From assembly GCA_002269645.1 (NCBI GenBank), contig NIVC01003854.1, positions 1 to 64,000 of the forward strand: a stretch of DNA of 64,000 bases, read 5' to 3'. The stretch's first letter is position 1, and every line of letters begins with the position of its first letter. The stretch is from Macrostomum lignano (taxonomy: Eukaryota). The notes under the pieces are model-generated. The model did no database searches, was not told the origin of the DNA, and saw only the letters and a list, made by a program, of their open reading frames with translations. This document shows, piece by piece, positions 44,209-56,145 of the stretch. A program made the translations under genes and the position numbers.

Positions 44209-46691
44209 ATGGTAGCAGGTTTTGATGTACTCTGGCTTTTTTATTGTAGAAATTTTGAAATACAAATGAGACAATAAAATATCATTTATAAAAATTGACT
44301 GTTGATTTCATAATTTTAAAAGTAAATTTCTTAATTTTTATACTTTTTACGCTTATTGGAATACAAAGTTTCTTAGTGTGGGTAGTTCCAGTTGTCTCTG
44401 ATTGGCCAAGAGGCCTTAGCTGCAGGGTGGTCCGTAGACACAGCGGGGAGGCGAGGGTCGCCCATTCCGCTAGGCCAAGAGGTCAGTGTGGGTAGTTCCG
44501 GTTGTCCCTGATTGGCCAAGAGTTGGTGTGGTTAATTCCAGTTGTCTCTGATTGGCTAAGAGTTGGTGTGGGTAGTTCCAGTTGTCCCTGATTGGCCAAG
44601 AGTTGGTGTGGTTAATTCCAGTTGTCTCTGATTGGCTAAGAGTTGGTGTGGGTAGTTCCAGTTGTCCCTGATTGGCCAAGAGTTGGTGTGGGTAATTCCA
44701 GTTGTCTCTGATTGGCCAAGAGTTGGTGTGGTTAATTCCAGTTGTCTCTGATTGGCTAAGAGTTGGTGTGGGTAGTTCCGGTTGTCCCTGATTGGCCAAG
44801 AGTTGGTGTGGTTAATTCCAGTTGTCTCTGATTGGCTAAGAGTTGGTGTGGGTAATTCCAGTTGTCCCTGATTGGCCAAGAGTTGGTGTGGTTAATTCCA
44901 GTTGTCTCTGATTGGCTAAGAGTTGGTGTGGGTAGTTCCAGTTGTCCCTGATTGGCCAAGAGTTGGTGTGGTTAATTCCAGTTGTCTCTGATTGGCTAAG
45001 AGTTGGTGTGGGTAGTTCCAGTTGTCCCTGATTGGCCAAGAGTTGGTGTGGGTAATTCCAGTTGCCTCTGATTGGCCAAAGGTCGGTGTGGGCAGTTCCA
45101 GTTGTCTCTGATTGGCCAAGAGTCGGTGTGGGTAGTTCCCGTTGTCTCTGATTGGCCAAGAGTTGGTGTGGGTAGTTCCCGTTGTCTCTGATTGGCCAAG
45201 AGTTGGTGTGGGTAATTCCAGTTGTCTCTGATTGGCCAAGAGTCGGTGTGGGTAATTCCAGTTGTCTCTGATTGGCCAAGAGTCGGTGTGGGTAATTCCA
45301 GTTGTCTCTGATTGGCCAAGAGTCGGTGTGGGTAATTCCAGTTGTCTCTGATTGGCCAAGCGTTGGTGTGGTTAATTCTAGTTGTCTCTGATTGGCCAAG
45401 CGTTGGTGTGGTTAATTCCAGTTGTCTCTGATTGGCCAAGAGTTGGTGTGGTTAATTCCGGTTGTCTCTGATTGGGTTTGCTATTGGGTTTCAATATTAA
45501 AATTTTGATAGATTATCGTTGCGTCTCTATCTTGACTTTGTTGACTTTATACACAAAAATCAATCCATAATAATTTCTTTTACTTTTAAGGCCAAAAGCA
45601 AATTTGAATACGTGCGCAAGTTCGAGCAGAGCGACCAGCTGCTGCCGCAATGCTGGCTGGTTGTCCGGGTGGATGGCCGAGGATTTCACAAATTCTCAGA
45701 GCGTCACGAGTTTGCTAAGCCCAACGAGCCCCGCTGTATTCGTTTGATGACGCTGGCAGCCAGGCGAGTCCTGATGGAGCATCGCAGCATCCTGCTAGCG
45801 TACGGTCAGAGCGACGAGTACAGCTTTGTCCTGCACAAAGACACGAATGCATTTAATAGGAGAGCCAGCAAGTTGGCTTCTCTAATTGGCTCTTTGTTCA
45901 CGTCGGCTTTTGTGTTTAATTGGTCGATCTGCTTCCCCGATAGGAGGCTGCTGTATCCGCCAGCTTTTGATGCCCGGGCTGTGGCTTATCCGTCTGTGAG
46001 AACTTTGCGGGACTATCTGTCTTGGAGGCAGGTAAGCTGCCTGTGCTATGAGTAGGGAGCTCTGGTTGGTCAGTATATGATATGGGCTAAGAGCTTCTGA
46101 TTGGTCAGTAGCTGACATGGGCTGTTGTGAGGCTCTGATTGGTCAGTAGTTGACATGGGCTGTGAGGCTCTGATTGGTCAGTATTTGACATGGGCTGTGA
46201 GGCTCTGATTGGTCAGAAGTTGACATGGGCTGTTGTGAGGCTCTGATATTCATTCAGATGTACATTCCCAGGCCGACTGCCACATCAACAATCTGTACAA
46301 CACAGCCTTTTGGTCGCTGGTGCTTCGAGGTGGCTTGAGCGCCAACCAGGCGCAGGAACGCCTGAAAGGCACTTTAGCAGCCGACAAGAACGAATTGTTG
46401 TTCTCCCAATTCGGCATCAACTACAATAACGAGCCGGAAGTCTATCGTAAAGGCAGCCTGCTGGTTCGAGCCAGCCTGCTCGACTCACAAGTTGATGCCG
46501 TCGCTGAGGAAGCCTCAGTGGGTGACAATGTCCCGGATGTAGGCGAGGCAAGTGTGGAAGAAGTAAGCGAGATTGCCGCCAAGGTGGCCAAGGCTGAGGC
46601 GGAGTCGGCTTCCACTCTGCTGCATATCGACATTATTAAGGATAAGTTTTGGACTGAAAATCCTCGGATTCTTCCGTTAGACTCTCAGTAA
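44209..46691 (+). CDS. THG1L: tRNA(His) guanylyltransferase, about 287 aa. Exons: ATG at 44209-44211 (inferred), 45591-46031, 46272-46691
   Basis: [51 protein letters not shown]|[30 protein letters not shown] and LHIDII...FW. The first-exon ATG|gt is inferred from the phase-0 acceptor before AKSK. Confidence 0.93.
44395..45475 (+). repeat. 40-bp minisatellite (CTGATTGGCCAAGAGTTGGTGTGGGTAGTTCCAGTTGTCT)n in putative THG1 intron 1
   Basis: About 27 near-identical units. Confidence 0.95.
46110..46250 (+). repeat. Short GCTCTGATTGGTCAG-containing tandem repeat in THG1 intron 2
   Basis: 4-5 units of about 31-34 bp. Confidence 0.85.
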
Positions 46692-46739
46692 AAAAGCTGT
46701 CTCTACGAGTGTAACAAAGAATTCCATGGCTACGCCGAA

Positions 46740-47200
46740 TCAGTTCCGCACCCACCTCACTCCCCGACCCTCCACACCCCTCATTTTTGCAGCCATTTCA
46801 CTACCCGGCCCTCCACACCCCTCAGTTCCGCAGCCACCTCACTCCCCGACCCTCCACACCCCTCAGTTCTGCAGTCACCTCACTCCCCGGCCCTCCACAC
46901 CCCTCAGTTCCGCAGCCACCTCACTCCCCGACCCTCCACACCCCTCAGTTCTGCAGTCACCTCTCTCCCCGACCCTCCACACCCCTCAGTTCTGCAGCCA
47001 CCTCACTCCCCGGCCCTCCACACCCCTCAGTTCCGCAGCCACCTCACTCCCCGACCCTCCACACCCCTCAGTTCTGCAGCCACCTCACTCCCCGGCCCTC
47101 CACACCCCTCAGTTCCGCAGCCACCTCACTCCCCGGCCCTCCACACCCCTCAGTTCCGCAGCCACCGCACTTCCCGACCCTCCACACTCTCAGTTCCACA
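46740..47200 (+). repeat. 42-bp minisatellite with GCAGCCACCTCACTCCC core
   Basis: About 11 units. Confidence 0.95.
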
Positions 47201-47647
47201 AACATCCGAGTGAATTAGCACTATTTTAAATCCCTCATTTCTTATTCAATTTGGCTAATACGCGTTTCAACAGGACAGTGTGTACTTTTCTGCGCTAAGA
47301 GAAAACTTGAAACTGCAGTTGATTTAAAGTATCTTAAATACAAATTTATCTCTTGTTTTACTGCTTGTCTCTGGAGTAACATTTTTGCAAATTTGAAATA
47401 ATCTTATTTGGTCTTAATTATAACTTATTTTCAATTCTAGCCTTGCGATATACTTGTTTAGTCAAAGAAATAGCAGTATAATCCGTTTGGTTTATATCAT
47501 CATTGATATCAATTTGTTTACTATTTGTTTTTTTTGGAAACCAAAAAATTTTTTGCCATTTCGGCTGTCGATTTGAAAACAGAAACATTAAAAAGTACAA
47601 AAATTAGGTCACAGTCAAAGTTCGATGGGTTTTTAGGCAATCAGGTC

Positions 47648-47978
47648 TTAGGCAGGATAATTGCCCATTGGGGCTTGAAACGGGCGCGGAGCGTAGGCCA
47701 TAGGCGCTGGGTAGTTGGGTGCGGGGCTACCTCCGTAACCTCCAGCGTAAGCGCCGCCGCCTCTGTAACCTCCGTAGCCACCGCCTCCGTAGACACCGCC
47801 TCCGTAGCCACCGCCTTTGCAGCAAGAAAACAACCCAAGACCGCCGCCACCGCCATGTCCGCGCGGCCTGTTTGCACAATCAAAGCAGAGCTGCATGCCG
47901 AAGCAGCAGACCATGATTGCTATTACAGCTGCCACAATGCCGCATAGGAATATGACGCAGCCGACTACGAGAAGGACT
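47648..47978 (-). CDS. Terminal exon A of small single-pass membrane protein (TM, Cys cluster, Gly/Tyr/Pro tail)
   Basis: ag|A GTC...: VLLVVGCVIFLCGIVAAVIAIMVCCFGMQLCFDC...LFSCC...GGGYGG...PNYPAPMAY. Paralogous to exons B and C. Confidence 0.65.
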
Positions 47979-48164
47979 CTATTAGTTAATGATTAAACAT
48001 AGAGAGGTGGTTTATTATAGAGATTCGACTGTTTAGGGGAGTAAAGTCAAGCCCCCGCCCATAACTTCCTATCTGCTTTCACAAACTCTCCGAACTTCAC
48101 GTTGCTATGCAAGTGGTTTTGGCGCAACGACTTTGACAACAGCAACCAACTCTAGGGGCTGTAC

Positions 48165-48380
48165 CCCGGGGGTTCGAATCTCGACCCACTCGGAACAATT
48201 TGAGTACCTAGTCCTAAGCAAGACACTTAACTCTGCATTGCTTCAGTTCACCCAACTGCTGTAAAATGTGTGCCAGCAGCAGCATTAGCTGGGGTAATTG
48301 AGATGCCTTAGATGCGCCGCGCAATAGCTGCGGCTGAGCTGTTGGTTGCACATCTACCCTCTAAGGCAGATGTAATCAGT
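48165..48380 (+). mobile_element. 5'-truncated tRNA-derived SINE (same family as 52412)
   Basis: ggttcgaatctcgacccact...gcaagacacttaactctgcattgcttcagttcaccca...tagatgcgccgcgcaatagctgcggctgagctg. Confidence 0.75.
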
Positions 48381-48749
48381 TATTTTTAATTATAAATCGA
48401 AATTATACCCCCATAAAAATTAATGAACATCTTACATTTTCCAATCGTCGTCGAAAAAGTCAACTGATCCGTGCTCAATAACCATGCCGTTATATGGAGA
48501 CACGGTGTGTAACTTGATTTTTTAACCTGTTGATTGTAAAGAACCGTTTGGCATTTGTCGTTTTAAACGGTGTAGAAAACGGGAGGGCTTTTTTAATGAA
48601 AATTAGACAATTATAGTAGTTGTCCCATAGACAAAGTCACTTTCTTGTATCGGTGGAGAAACGTGTCTCGGCAATTTTAATCTCGTGCATGCGTGTGTGT
48701 ATGTTATAGTATACTCTCTTATACTGACGTTGGCCAAAGTGTGTTAGTA

Positions 48750-49740
48750 TGTCCCTAAGTGTTCTGATGCGTCTTAGAGTGCCTTAATGTGCCCTGATGT
48801 GTCTTCGAAAGCCTTAATGTGCTTGTATGTGTCTTCGCAAGCCTGAATGTGCCCTGATGTGTCTTAGAAAGCCTTAATGTGCCCGTATGTGTCTTAGAAA
48901 GCCTTAATGTGCCCTGATGTGTCTTAGAAAGCCTTAATGTGCCTGTATGTGTCTTAGAAAGCCTTAATGTGCTCTGATATGTCTTAGAAAGCATTAATGT
49001 GCCCTGATATGTCTTAGAAAGCCTGTATGTGTCTTCGAAAGCCTTAATGTGCCCTGATGTGTCTTAGAAAGCATTAATGTGCCCTGATGTGTCTTAGAAA
49101 GCCTGTATGTGTCTTCGAAAGCCTTAATGTGCCCTGATGTGTCTTAGAAAGCCTGTATGTGTCTTCGAAAGCCTTAATGTGCCCTGATGTGTCTTAGAAA
49201 GCCTGTATGTGTCTTCGAAAGCCTTAATGTGCCCTGATGTGTCTTAGAAAGCCTGTATGTGTCTTCGAAAGCCTTAATGTGCCCTGATGTGTCTTAGAAA
49301 GCCTGTATGTGTCTTCGAAAGCCTTAATGTGCCCTGATGTGTCTTAGAAAGCCTGTATGTGTCTTAGAAAGCCTTAATGTGCCCTGATGTGTCTTAGAAA
49401 GCCTGTATGTGTCTTAGAAAGCCTTAATGTGCCCTGTGTCTTAGAAAGCCTTAATGTGCCTATATGTGTCTTAGAAAGCCTTAATGTGCCCTGATGTGTC
49501 TTAGAAAGTCTTAATGTGCCTTGATGTGTCTTAGGAATTCTTACTGTGTCCTGTTGTGTCTTAGAGTGCCTTGGTGTGTCCCGCTTGATGTGTCTTAAAG
49601 TGCTTTAGTGTGTCCTGATGTGTCTTCGAAAGCCTTAATGTGCCCTAATGTGTCTTTCAGTGAGCTAATGTGTCCTGATGTGTCTTAGAGTGCCTTAATG
49701 TGTTCTGATGTGTCTTTCAGTGAGTTAATGTGTCCTGATG
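48750..49740 (+). repeat. Minisatellite with 30-bp unit (GCCTTAATGTGCCCTGATGTGTCTTAGAAA) and central 51-bp higher-order unit
   Basis: Tandem units visible, with degenerate edges. Confidence 0.95.
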
Positions 49741-50793
49741 CGTACTGGTTAAGAGTATTAATACGGACGTACAGTCAGCACTGATGTGATGGCGCATGAG
49801 CTGCTTCCCTTGATGTATTTATTCCCTTATTTTGACTTCTGCGAGATTTACCGCAAAAATTGTACATTTTTTAATCCAAATATTCTCATGCTTGCAAGTT
49901 CAGTGAGAAGGCAAATTTGATTATGTAATAGTACATTCCTTTGACCATGTAGTCTCGCATTGCAGTTACATGTGTACCACCTGCAAAAAGTTTTTTCAAT
50001 GGCCTCTTCTAGTCGGAAGCCCGATTTCAAGAGAGCTGGTTTGATGAGCCACCAAGGACCACTAAGCCAACGTATATATAAGACGCGACACTCGTAATCT
50101 ATGGAAAAAGTTTTGAAGGCCAGTTTTCGCCAAAAATACACTACGGAGATAGGAAGTTTTCATTTTTGTTCAGAAAATTGGGATTCTATGTTAATATTTG
50201 ATTCTATGTACAATTGCATATGTCCTGTGCCTAAAAACCATTAAAATCGCACGGCTCAGCTCATTGTTTTTATGAATCTATTTTATTATTCTTAGCTGAC
50301 TGCATGTAACAATATGTGTAACAGAGATTTTTAGGATTTTTAGGTACAGGAAATATACGTATAGAATCAAGGCACAACACATCAAAAGATGAACACTGGG
50401 TCTACCTCCTATCAAAAGCAATAACAATTTTTGTGCTTAAAAATGAAAACTTCCTATCTTCTTAGTGTATTGTTCGGCGAAAAGTGGCCTTCAAAACATT
50501 CATTTTCTATCGATTTTGTGTTGCATCCTTCTACTTTAGTAGTCCTTGTGAGCCAGTTTTCAAGGGATTAGCTAAATCTCTGCATTTCCAAGTTTACTTT
50601 TTTATCTATTGCTATCCTCTCTTAGCTAAAGTGATTGATTTCTATCGACAAGCTTTGATCAAAGGGCCGTTAAGAAGGCTAAATAAGCCGGCTTAATACA
50701 CGCCAAAAATTTGTAGCAACCATTTGTCAAAAAGATGTTTATATTTTACGAGAAATAAAATCAAAATAAGAAGCCAATATAATAAGCAGGAGT

Positions 50794-51214
50794 TCAAGGT
50801 GTATAGGGCGGCGGTGCGGATGGATAATTGGGCATTGGCATGCTCAGTTGGGGATAGTTCGGCTGGGGGTTGTAGTAGACTCGTTGCTGAGGAGGTCGGT
50901 ACACGTGCTGAGGCGGCGGTGGCGGCGGAGGCGGTGGCGGCTGAGGAGGCGGCGGTTGATAGAAACTTCTTTGCCTAATCTGATGGGGCTTCCTGACGCA
51001 GGTACATCGGATGCAGAACGGCAGGCAGCAGACTGCGTGGAAGCCGCCGCTACGGCCAGACTGTCCAATGCTGACTACATGTACACCAGGTCCAGCCCTG
51101 TCCGGCTGCCGGCCCAGACAGCCCATCCGCATTCCGCAGCAGCAACACATGATGCCCAGTACCATGCCGATGACAAAGAAGATGAACGCCAAACTTGCCA
51201 CACTGATCATTGCT
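50794..51214 (-). CDS. Terminal exon B of small single-pass membrane protein with Cys clusters and PPxY tail
   Basis: ag|A GCA ATG: MISVASLAFIFFVIGMVLGIMCCCCG...VCCLPFCIRCTC...polyPro...SAPPPYTP*. Confidence 0.72.
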
Positions 51215-51289
51215 CTGACGATTGGGGAGATTTTCGGCTTCGACTGATTTTTATCTTATAAATTTTATATTACTTACTTATGTAAGTCT

Positions 51290-52250
51290 CAATGGGGGAG
51301 TTTCTGAGATACCAAGGCTCTAGGTCAATGGGGAGTTGCTGATCGAGATTCCATGGCTCAATGGGGGAGTTGCTGAGATGCCATGGCTCAATGGGGAGTT
51401 GCTGAGATGCTAATTGGCTCAATGGAGGAGTTGCTGAGATGCCATGGCTCAATGGGGAGTTGCTGAGATGCCATGGCTCAATGGGGAGTTGCTGAGATGC
51501 TAATTGGCTCAATGGAGGAGTTGCTGATCGAGATTCCATGGCTCAATGGGGGAGTTGCTGAGATGCCATGGCTCAATGGGGAGTTGCTGAGATGCTAATT
51601 GGCTCAATGGAGGAGTTGCTGAGATGCCATGGCTCAAGGGGGAGTTGCTGATCGAGATTCCATGGCTCAATGGGGGAGTTGCTGAGATGCCATGGCTCAA
51701 TGGGGAGTTGCTGAGATGCTAATTGGCTCAATGGAGGAGTTGCTGAGATGCCATGGCTCAAGGGGGAGTTGCTGATCGAGATGCCATGGCTCAATGGGGG
51801 AGTTGCTCAGGGGCGTAGCCAGAGGGGGGCAAGGGGGGCCGTGCCCCCCCCCAATCACCAACTCTGGCCTTGGCGCCCCCCCTAAAAGAAACTGGCGCCC
51901 CCCTATAAGAAACTGGCGCCCCCCCCCTATAAGAAACTGGCGCCCCCCCCCTAAAAGAAACTGGCGCCCCCCCTATAAGAAACTGGCGCCCCCCTATAAG
52001 AAACTGGCGCCCCCCCCCTAAAAGAAACTGGCGCCCCCCCCTATAAGAAACTGGCGCCCCCCTATAAGAAGCTGGCGCCCCCTAACTCACGCCCCCCCCC
52101 AATCAAAATTCCTGGCTATGCCCCTGGAGTTGCTGAGATGCCAGTACTCAGTGCGGAGTTTCTGAGATGCTAAGTCTCAATGGGGAGTTGCTGATCGAAA
52201 TGCCATGGCTCAAGGGGGAGTTGCTGAGATGCTAAAGCTCAATGGCATCT
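51290..52250 (+). repeat. Minisatellite (CTCAATGGGGAGTTGCTGAGATGCCATGG-like) interrupted by a MITE
   Basis: About 29-34-bp variant units on both sides of the insertion. Confidence 0.9.
51808..52126. mobile_element. hAT-like MITE
   Basis: TIR CAGGGGCGTAGCCAG / CTGGCTATGCCCCTG and perfect 8-bp TSD GAGTTGCT. Internal CCCCCCTATAAGAAACTGGCG repeats. Confidence 0.88.
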
Positions 52251-52411
52251 CCCATTTGGAGTCCTTCTCTTATAATGCATGTCTATCCCCTTGGGTAGAA
52301 ACGGATAATACGAGCTAAAGTTAAAATCAGCACAAGCGAAAACACCAGTTTCTACTATTTGATCTATTGCAATACTTTATATGTAATATTTTTACTAGTG
52401 CACCTTCAATG

Positions 52412-52712
52412 GGGCTTGCATGTTGTAGCCTAGTGGTCAGAGCGTCGTACTCGCGATTGAAAGGTCTGGGGTTCGAATCTCGACCCACTTGGAACAGTTT
52501 GTGTCTTGGAGCAGGACACTTAACTTTCTGAATTGCTTCAGTTCACCCAGCTGTAAAATGGGTGCCAGCATTAGCTGGGGTAATTGAGGGTGTGTGTGGC
52601 GACCCACCACCAGTCCTTGGACTGAACGGCCGTACGCAGCCTTTAGATGCGCCGCGCAATAGCTGCGGCTGAGCTGTCGGTTGCACATCTGCGTATTAGG
52701 GCAGGTGTAACA
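52412..52712 (+). mobile_element. Near full-length tRNA-derived SINE (Deu/Nin-like core)
   Basis: A-box tagcctagtgg, B-box ggttcgaatc, core gagcaggacacttaact...cttcagttcacccagctgtaaaatgggt and shared 3' tail. Confidence 0.8.
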
Positions 52713-53089
52713 AAAAAGACCTAGAATTCAACCTAGAACCTAGAAAAACCTAGAAATGTTCAATTTCAGAATCAGAATGCTCACATTGTATTTCCATCGC
52801 CCATGCTTGAGTTGGAAATGGTTTTGATGTTCCGTCAATTGCTCTTCCTGCCAGATCTGACATTCGGTGTTTTTTGTTGCTCTGCCATAAATATCTTCGT
52901 TTTTTTCAACTTTCAGCCATAGATTATATATTTATAGCATTAAATTCCGTGAATGTTATACGTTGACGTCCTTATTTGCGTGTTTGGTCAATATTTCTAA
53001 AATACGAGCAAAAGTTAACTCAGGTTTTCTGATTTTTTTTATTCTTTATACAAGTAGCTCATTTTTGTTGCTGAAGACACGCCTTTCTC

Positions 53090-53615
53090 CTGCAGCCACC
53101 TCACTCCGTGTCGCACAGACACCCCATGCTCCTGCAGCCACCTCACTCCCTGACCCACAGGCACCTCTTGCTCCTGCAGCCACCTCACTCCCCGCCGCAC
53201 AAAGACCTCTTGCTCCTGCAGCCACCTCACTCCCCGTTGCACAAACACCCCATGCTTCTGCAGCCACCTCACTCCCTGCCGCACAAACACCCCATGCTTC
53301 TGCAGCCACCTCACTCCCTGCCGCACAAACACCCCATGCTTCTGCAGCCACCTCACTCCCCGCCGCACAAACACCTCTTGCTCCTGCAGCCACCTCACTC
53401 CCCGCCGCACAAACACCTCTTGCTCCTGCAGCCACCTCACTCCCCGCCGCACAAACACCCCATGCTTCTGCAGCCACCTCACTCCCTGCCGCACAAACAC
53501 CCCATGCTTCTGCAGCCACCTCACTCCCCGCCGCACAAACACCCCATGCTTCTGCAGCCACCTCACTCCCTGCCGCACAAACACCCCATGCTTCTGCAGC
53601 CACCTCACTCCCTGC
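53090..53615 (+). repeat. 42-bp minisatellite with GCAGCCACCTCACTCCC core
   Basis: About 12-13 units; the core is shared with 46740-47200. Confidence 0.95.
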
Positions 53616-53937
53616 CATACGACTAATCCTTACTTTGGTGGACTTTTCACAAGTCATTTAAGAATCAATTACACAGAATATCCAATATTGTAAATTAGAT
53701 AATTTGCACATTTGAATTCACCAATAAAACACAACTATTCTCTTTAAGATAAGTTAAAACGAAAAATAGTATTTTCAAGCCAGTGTATTATTTTTCAATA
53801 AAGTGCGGAAAGCACTCATTGTACATAAATTGGCATTGGAAGCAAAACAACATTTCAAATGTTTAATAAAATCTCTGCGGACTCTCGCGATAGCGAATAA
53901 TAGAAATGGAATAATATACGTCTGATATTAAAGCCAT

Positions 53938-54169
53938 CTACATTCGCCCTCTGGTGCAGTTGACCTGAAAGCAGCAGGGCAAACAGCAGAAAAGATAGGA
54001 GCCACCACCGCCGTGTGGACTCGGGCTGTACCCGTAGCCAACAGGTCCATGCTGCCTGCCACCAAAGCAGGTTACGCAGAGCTCCACTCCGCAGCAGCAG
54101 ATCAGGATGCCCAGCACCATACCGATGACAAGACAGACAAACAGCAGACTTCCTAGACAGATCATCGCT
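53938..54169 (-). CDS. Terminal exon C of small single-pass Cys-rich membrane protein
   Basis: ag|A GCG ATG: MICLGSLLFVCLVIGMVLGILICCCGVELCVTC...YLFCCLPCCFQVNC. Shares VIGMVLGI.CCC with exon B. Confidence 0.68.
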
Positions 54170-55044
54170 CTGTGGAATAAGGAGATGTAGAAAAACAAAT
54201 ATTTGTTTGGCTCAATACGCATTTAGATACGCATTTAGAAAGTTGATAAATCGCTGTTGCGTTGTGCCTGACGACATCGAGGCTGTTATCAGCAGTTCGT
54301 CTACTCGTACCTCAGCAGTTTTAGCTCCCACGACCCCACATGGAACCGAAGCGTTGACGCAAGCAGGCAGATCCTGTAGCTTAAGACTCTTCTTGACCTT
54401 CTTGAAACTCAGGTATGTAAAAAACTTCTGATTAACCATTTTTTGAACCTTTCACCAAGCATTTAGGAAGTGTCCAGAATGATCAAAAGAATAAAAAATC
54501 TACCTTAAATCCCTCATTCCCTATGCACTGGTTTTTGGCCGTTGATTTCTTGATCATGGCACTTTCCAAGGTCCGAGATATTTCTACCTAATCTTTAATA
54601 GGTCCCTATGCCCACTAGGAACCCCATAAAAAATCTCTTCATCAAACCCCTATTGCCCGTGCCCCAGATATTGCTCCTGGCTAATTGACTATTTAGGTCA
54701 TGGCACCCCTCCTAATTAAGGTCTAAGAACTATCTACCTAATCTTTACAGTTCAAGAATTCCCACCGTCGGAAACTCACAGCTGGTAGGTCACATCATCC
54801 CGTCCACAATTGGACCAGTGCAGATATTGCTAATGGCGCTGCAGACACCCTAACATCAAGAATAGGCGCGCAAGATTCGGTTGGAGGCGCAACAGAAGCA
54901 CAGAGGCGCGCCCTGTGACGCGCCTCTCGTTAAGTATTAACCGACAGTGTATTTTTTAGGTTAGCGTTCAAAATATGCCAAGTGATTAAAGCTTCCATTA
55001 TTAACTAACGACACAGCCATGCTTCAATATGAGTCTAAAAGTGG

Positions 55045-56145
55045 CCTTCTTGAACTTTAGGTACGTAAAATACTTCCAATTTTCCGATTTTTCTGAAACT
55101 TTCGCCAGAGTCTTAGAGGCTGTCCAAAATGATAATAAAGCAAAAAAACTGCAAAAAATTACTCTCTGAGGTAACAGGAGGTCGATTTGTTAATCTCCTA
55201 TGTAACTAGTGTTAATTTGATCCAAGCAGTTTCGGAGAATTGTGTGTTTGAAAGTTGAACTTTTTTTAGAATCATAACTTTCTAATGTAAATATTTTCCA
55301 AAATTGATGAATTTATTCTAAAAAAACATTTAGAACGTTCGAGTTTTATCTCTGAAAAAATAGTGTCTATTCTAATTTTTCTTCACTTTGTTATAGTGCA
55401 GCAAGAGTGCCATGTCAGTTTACTGTTTTTAAAAATGCTGATCCACGGTTTGCCACCCACTTTTTGATTCGCTCTTGTTCTCTCATTGTTGTTTACTACT
55501 AGCCGTACATTCTTTACTTGTTTACCTATACTAATTTCTATTAATCTGCGTTGTCTCCATTCCAAAGGTAACTACAGCTGCTAATATCAATTAGTTTTGA
55601 TAGGATTATAATTATTTCTCCATGGTTGTGTCTTTGATAAATTGTTGAATTTTTAATTTAAGCTTCATTTAAATTTTCCCCCTAGGACCCCCTCAGTCTC
55701 CGAATTTATCTACCTAATCTTTAATAGACCTCCATGCCTCTATTGAAGTTTAGGTACATAAAATAAATCCCCATGAAGATTCTCCCCGCCCTAACACCCC
55801 CATTCCCCATGCCTCAGTTGTTGGTAGTTGTGTAGTTGTCAGCCCCCCTTTGAGACTTGCCCCCCCCCCGAGACTTGCCCCCATCCCTCTCAGTCTCTGA
55901 ATTTATCTACCTAATCTTCAATAGACCCCTATGCCTCTATTGAAGTTTAGGTACATAAAATCAATCCCCATGAAGATTCTCCCTACCCTAAAACCCTCCA
56001 TTCCCCATATCCCGGTGGTTGGCTTTAAGCTACAAAAAATGAAGCTCTAATTTGAAATCAGCACCATCAAAAACCCCTATAGAGACAAAATTATGATCCT
56101 ATTGAAACTGCAACTATTTTATCTACCTAAAGTTCAAGAAGGCCC
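55045..56145. mobile_element. Probable non-autonomous DNA transposon remnant with inverted ends and an internal ~200-bp duplication
   Basis: GGCCTTCTTGAACTTTAGGTA near 55045 is inverted at about 56123-56143. Direct duplication 55695-55810 / 55895-56010. No TSD identified. Confidence 0.4.

Noticed and set aside
44470-45439. Long minus-strand ORFs (MANQ...)
   Set aside because: Translation of a stop-free 40-bp tandem repeat inside an intron.
52745-52830. Candidate upstream exon (MGDGNTI, phase 2) for Cys-rich exon B
   Set aside because: The phase fits, but no equivalent was found for A or C, so it is unsupported without transcripts.
52963-53661. 200-aa ORFs in four frames (also 46726-47229)
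   Set aside because: Artefacts of 42-bp tandem arrays with no unique coding sequence.
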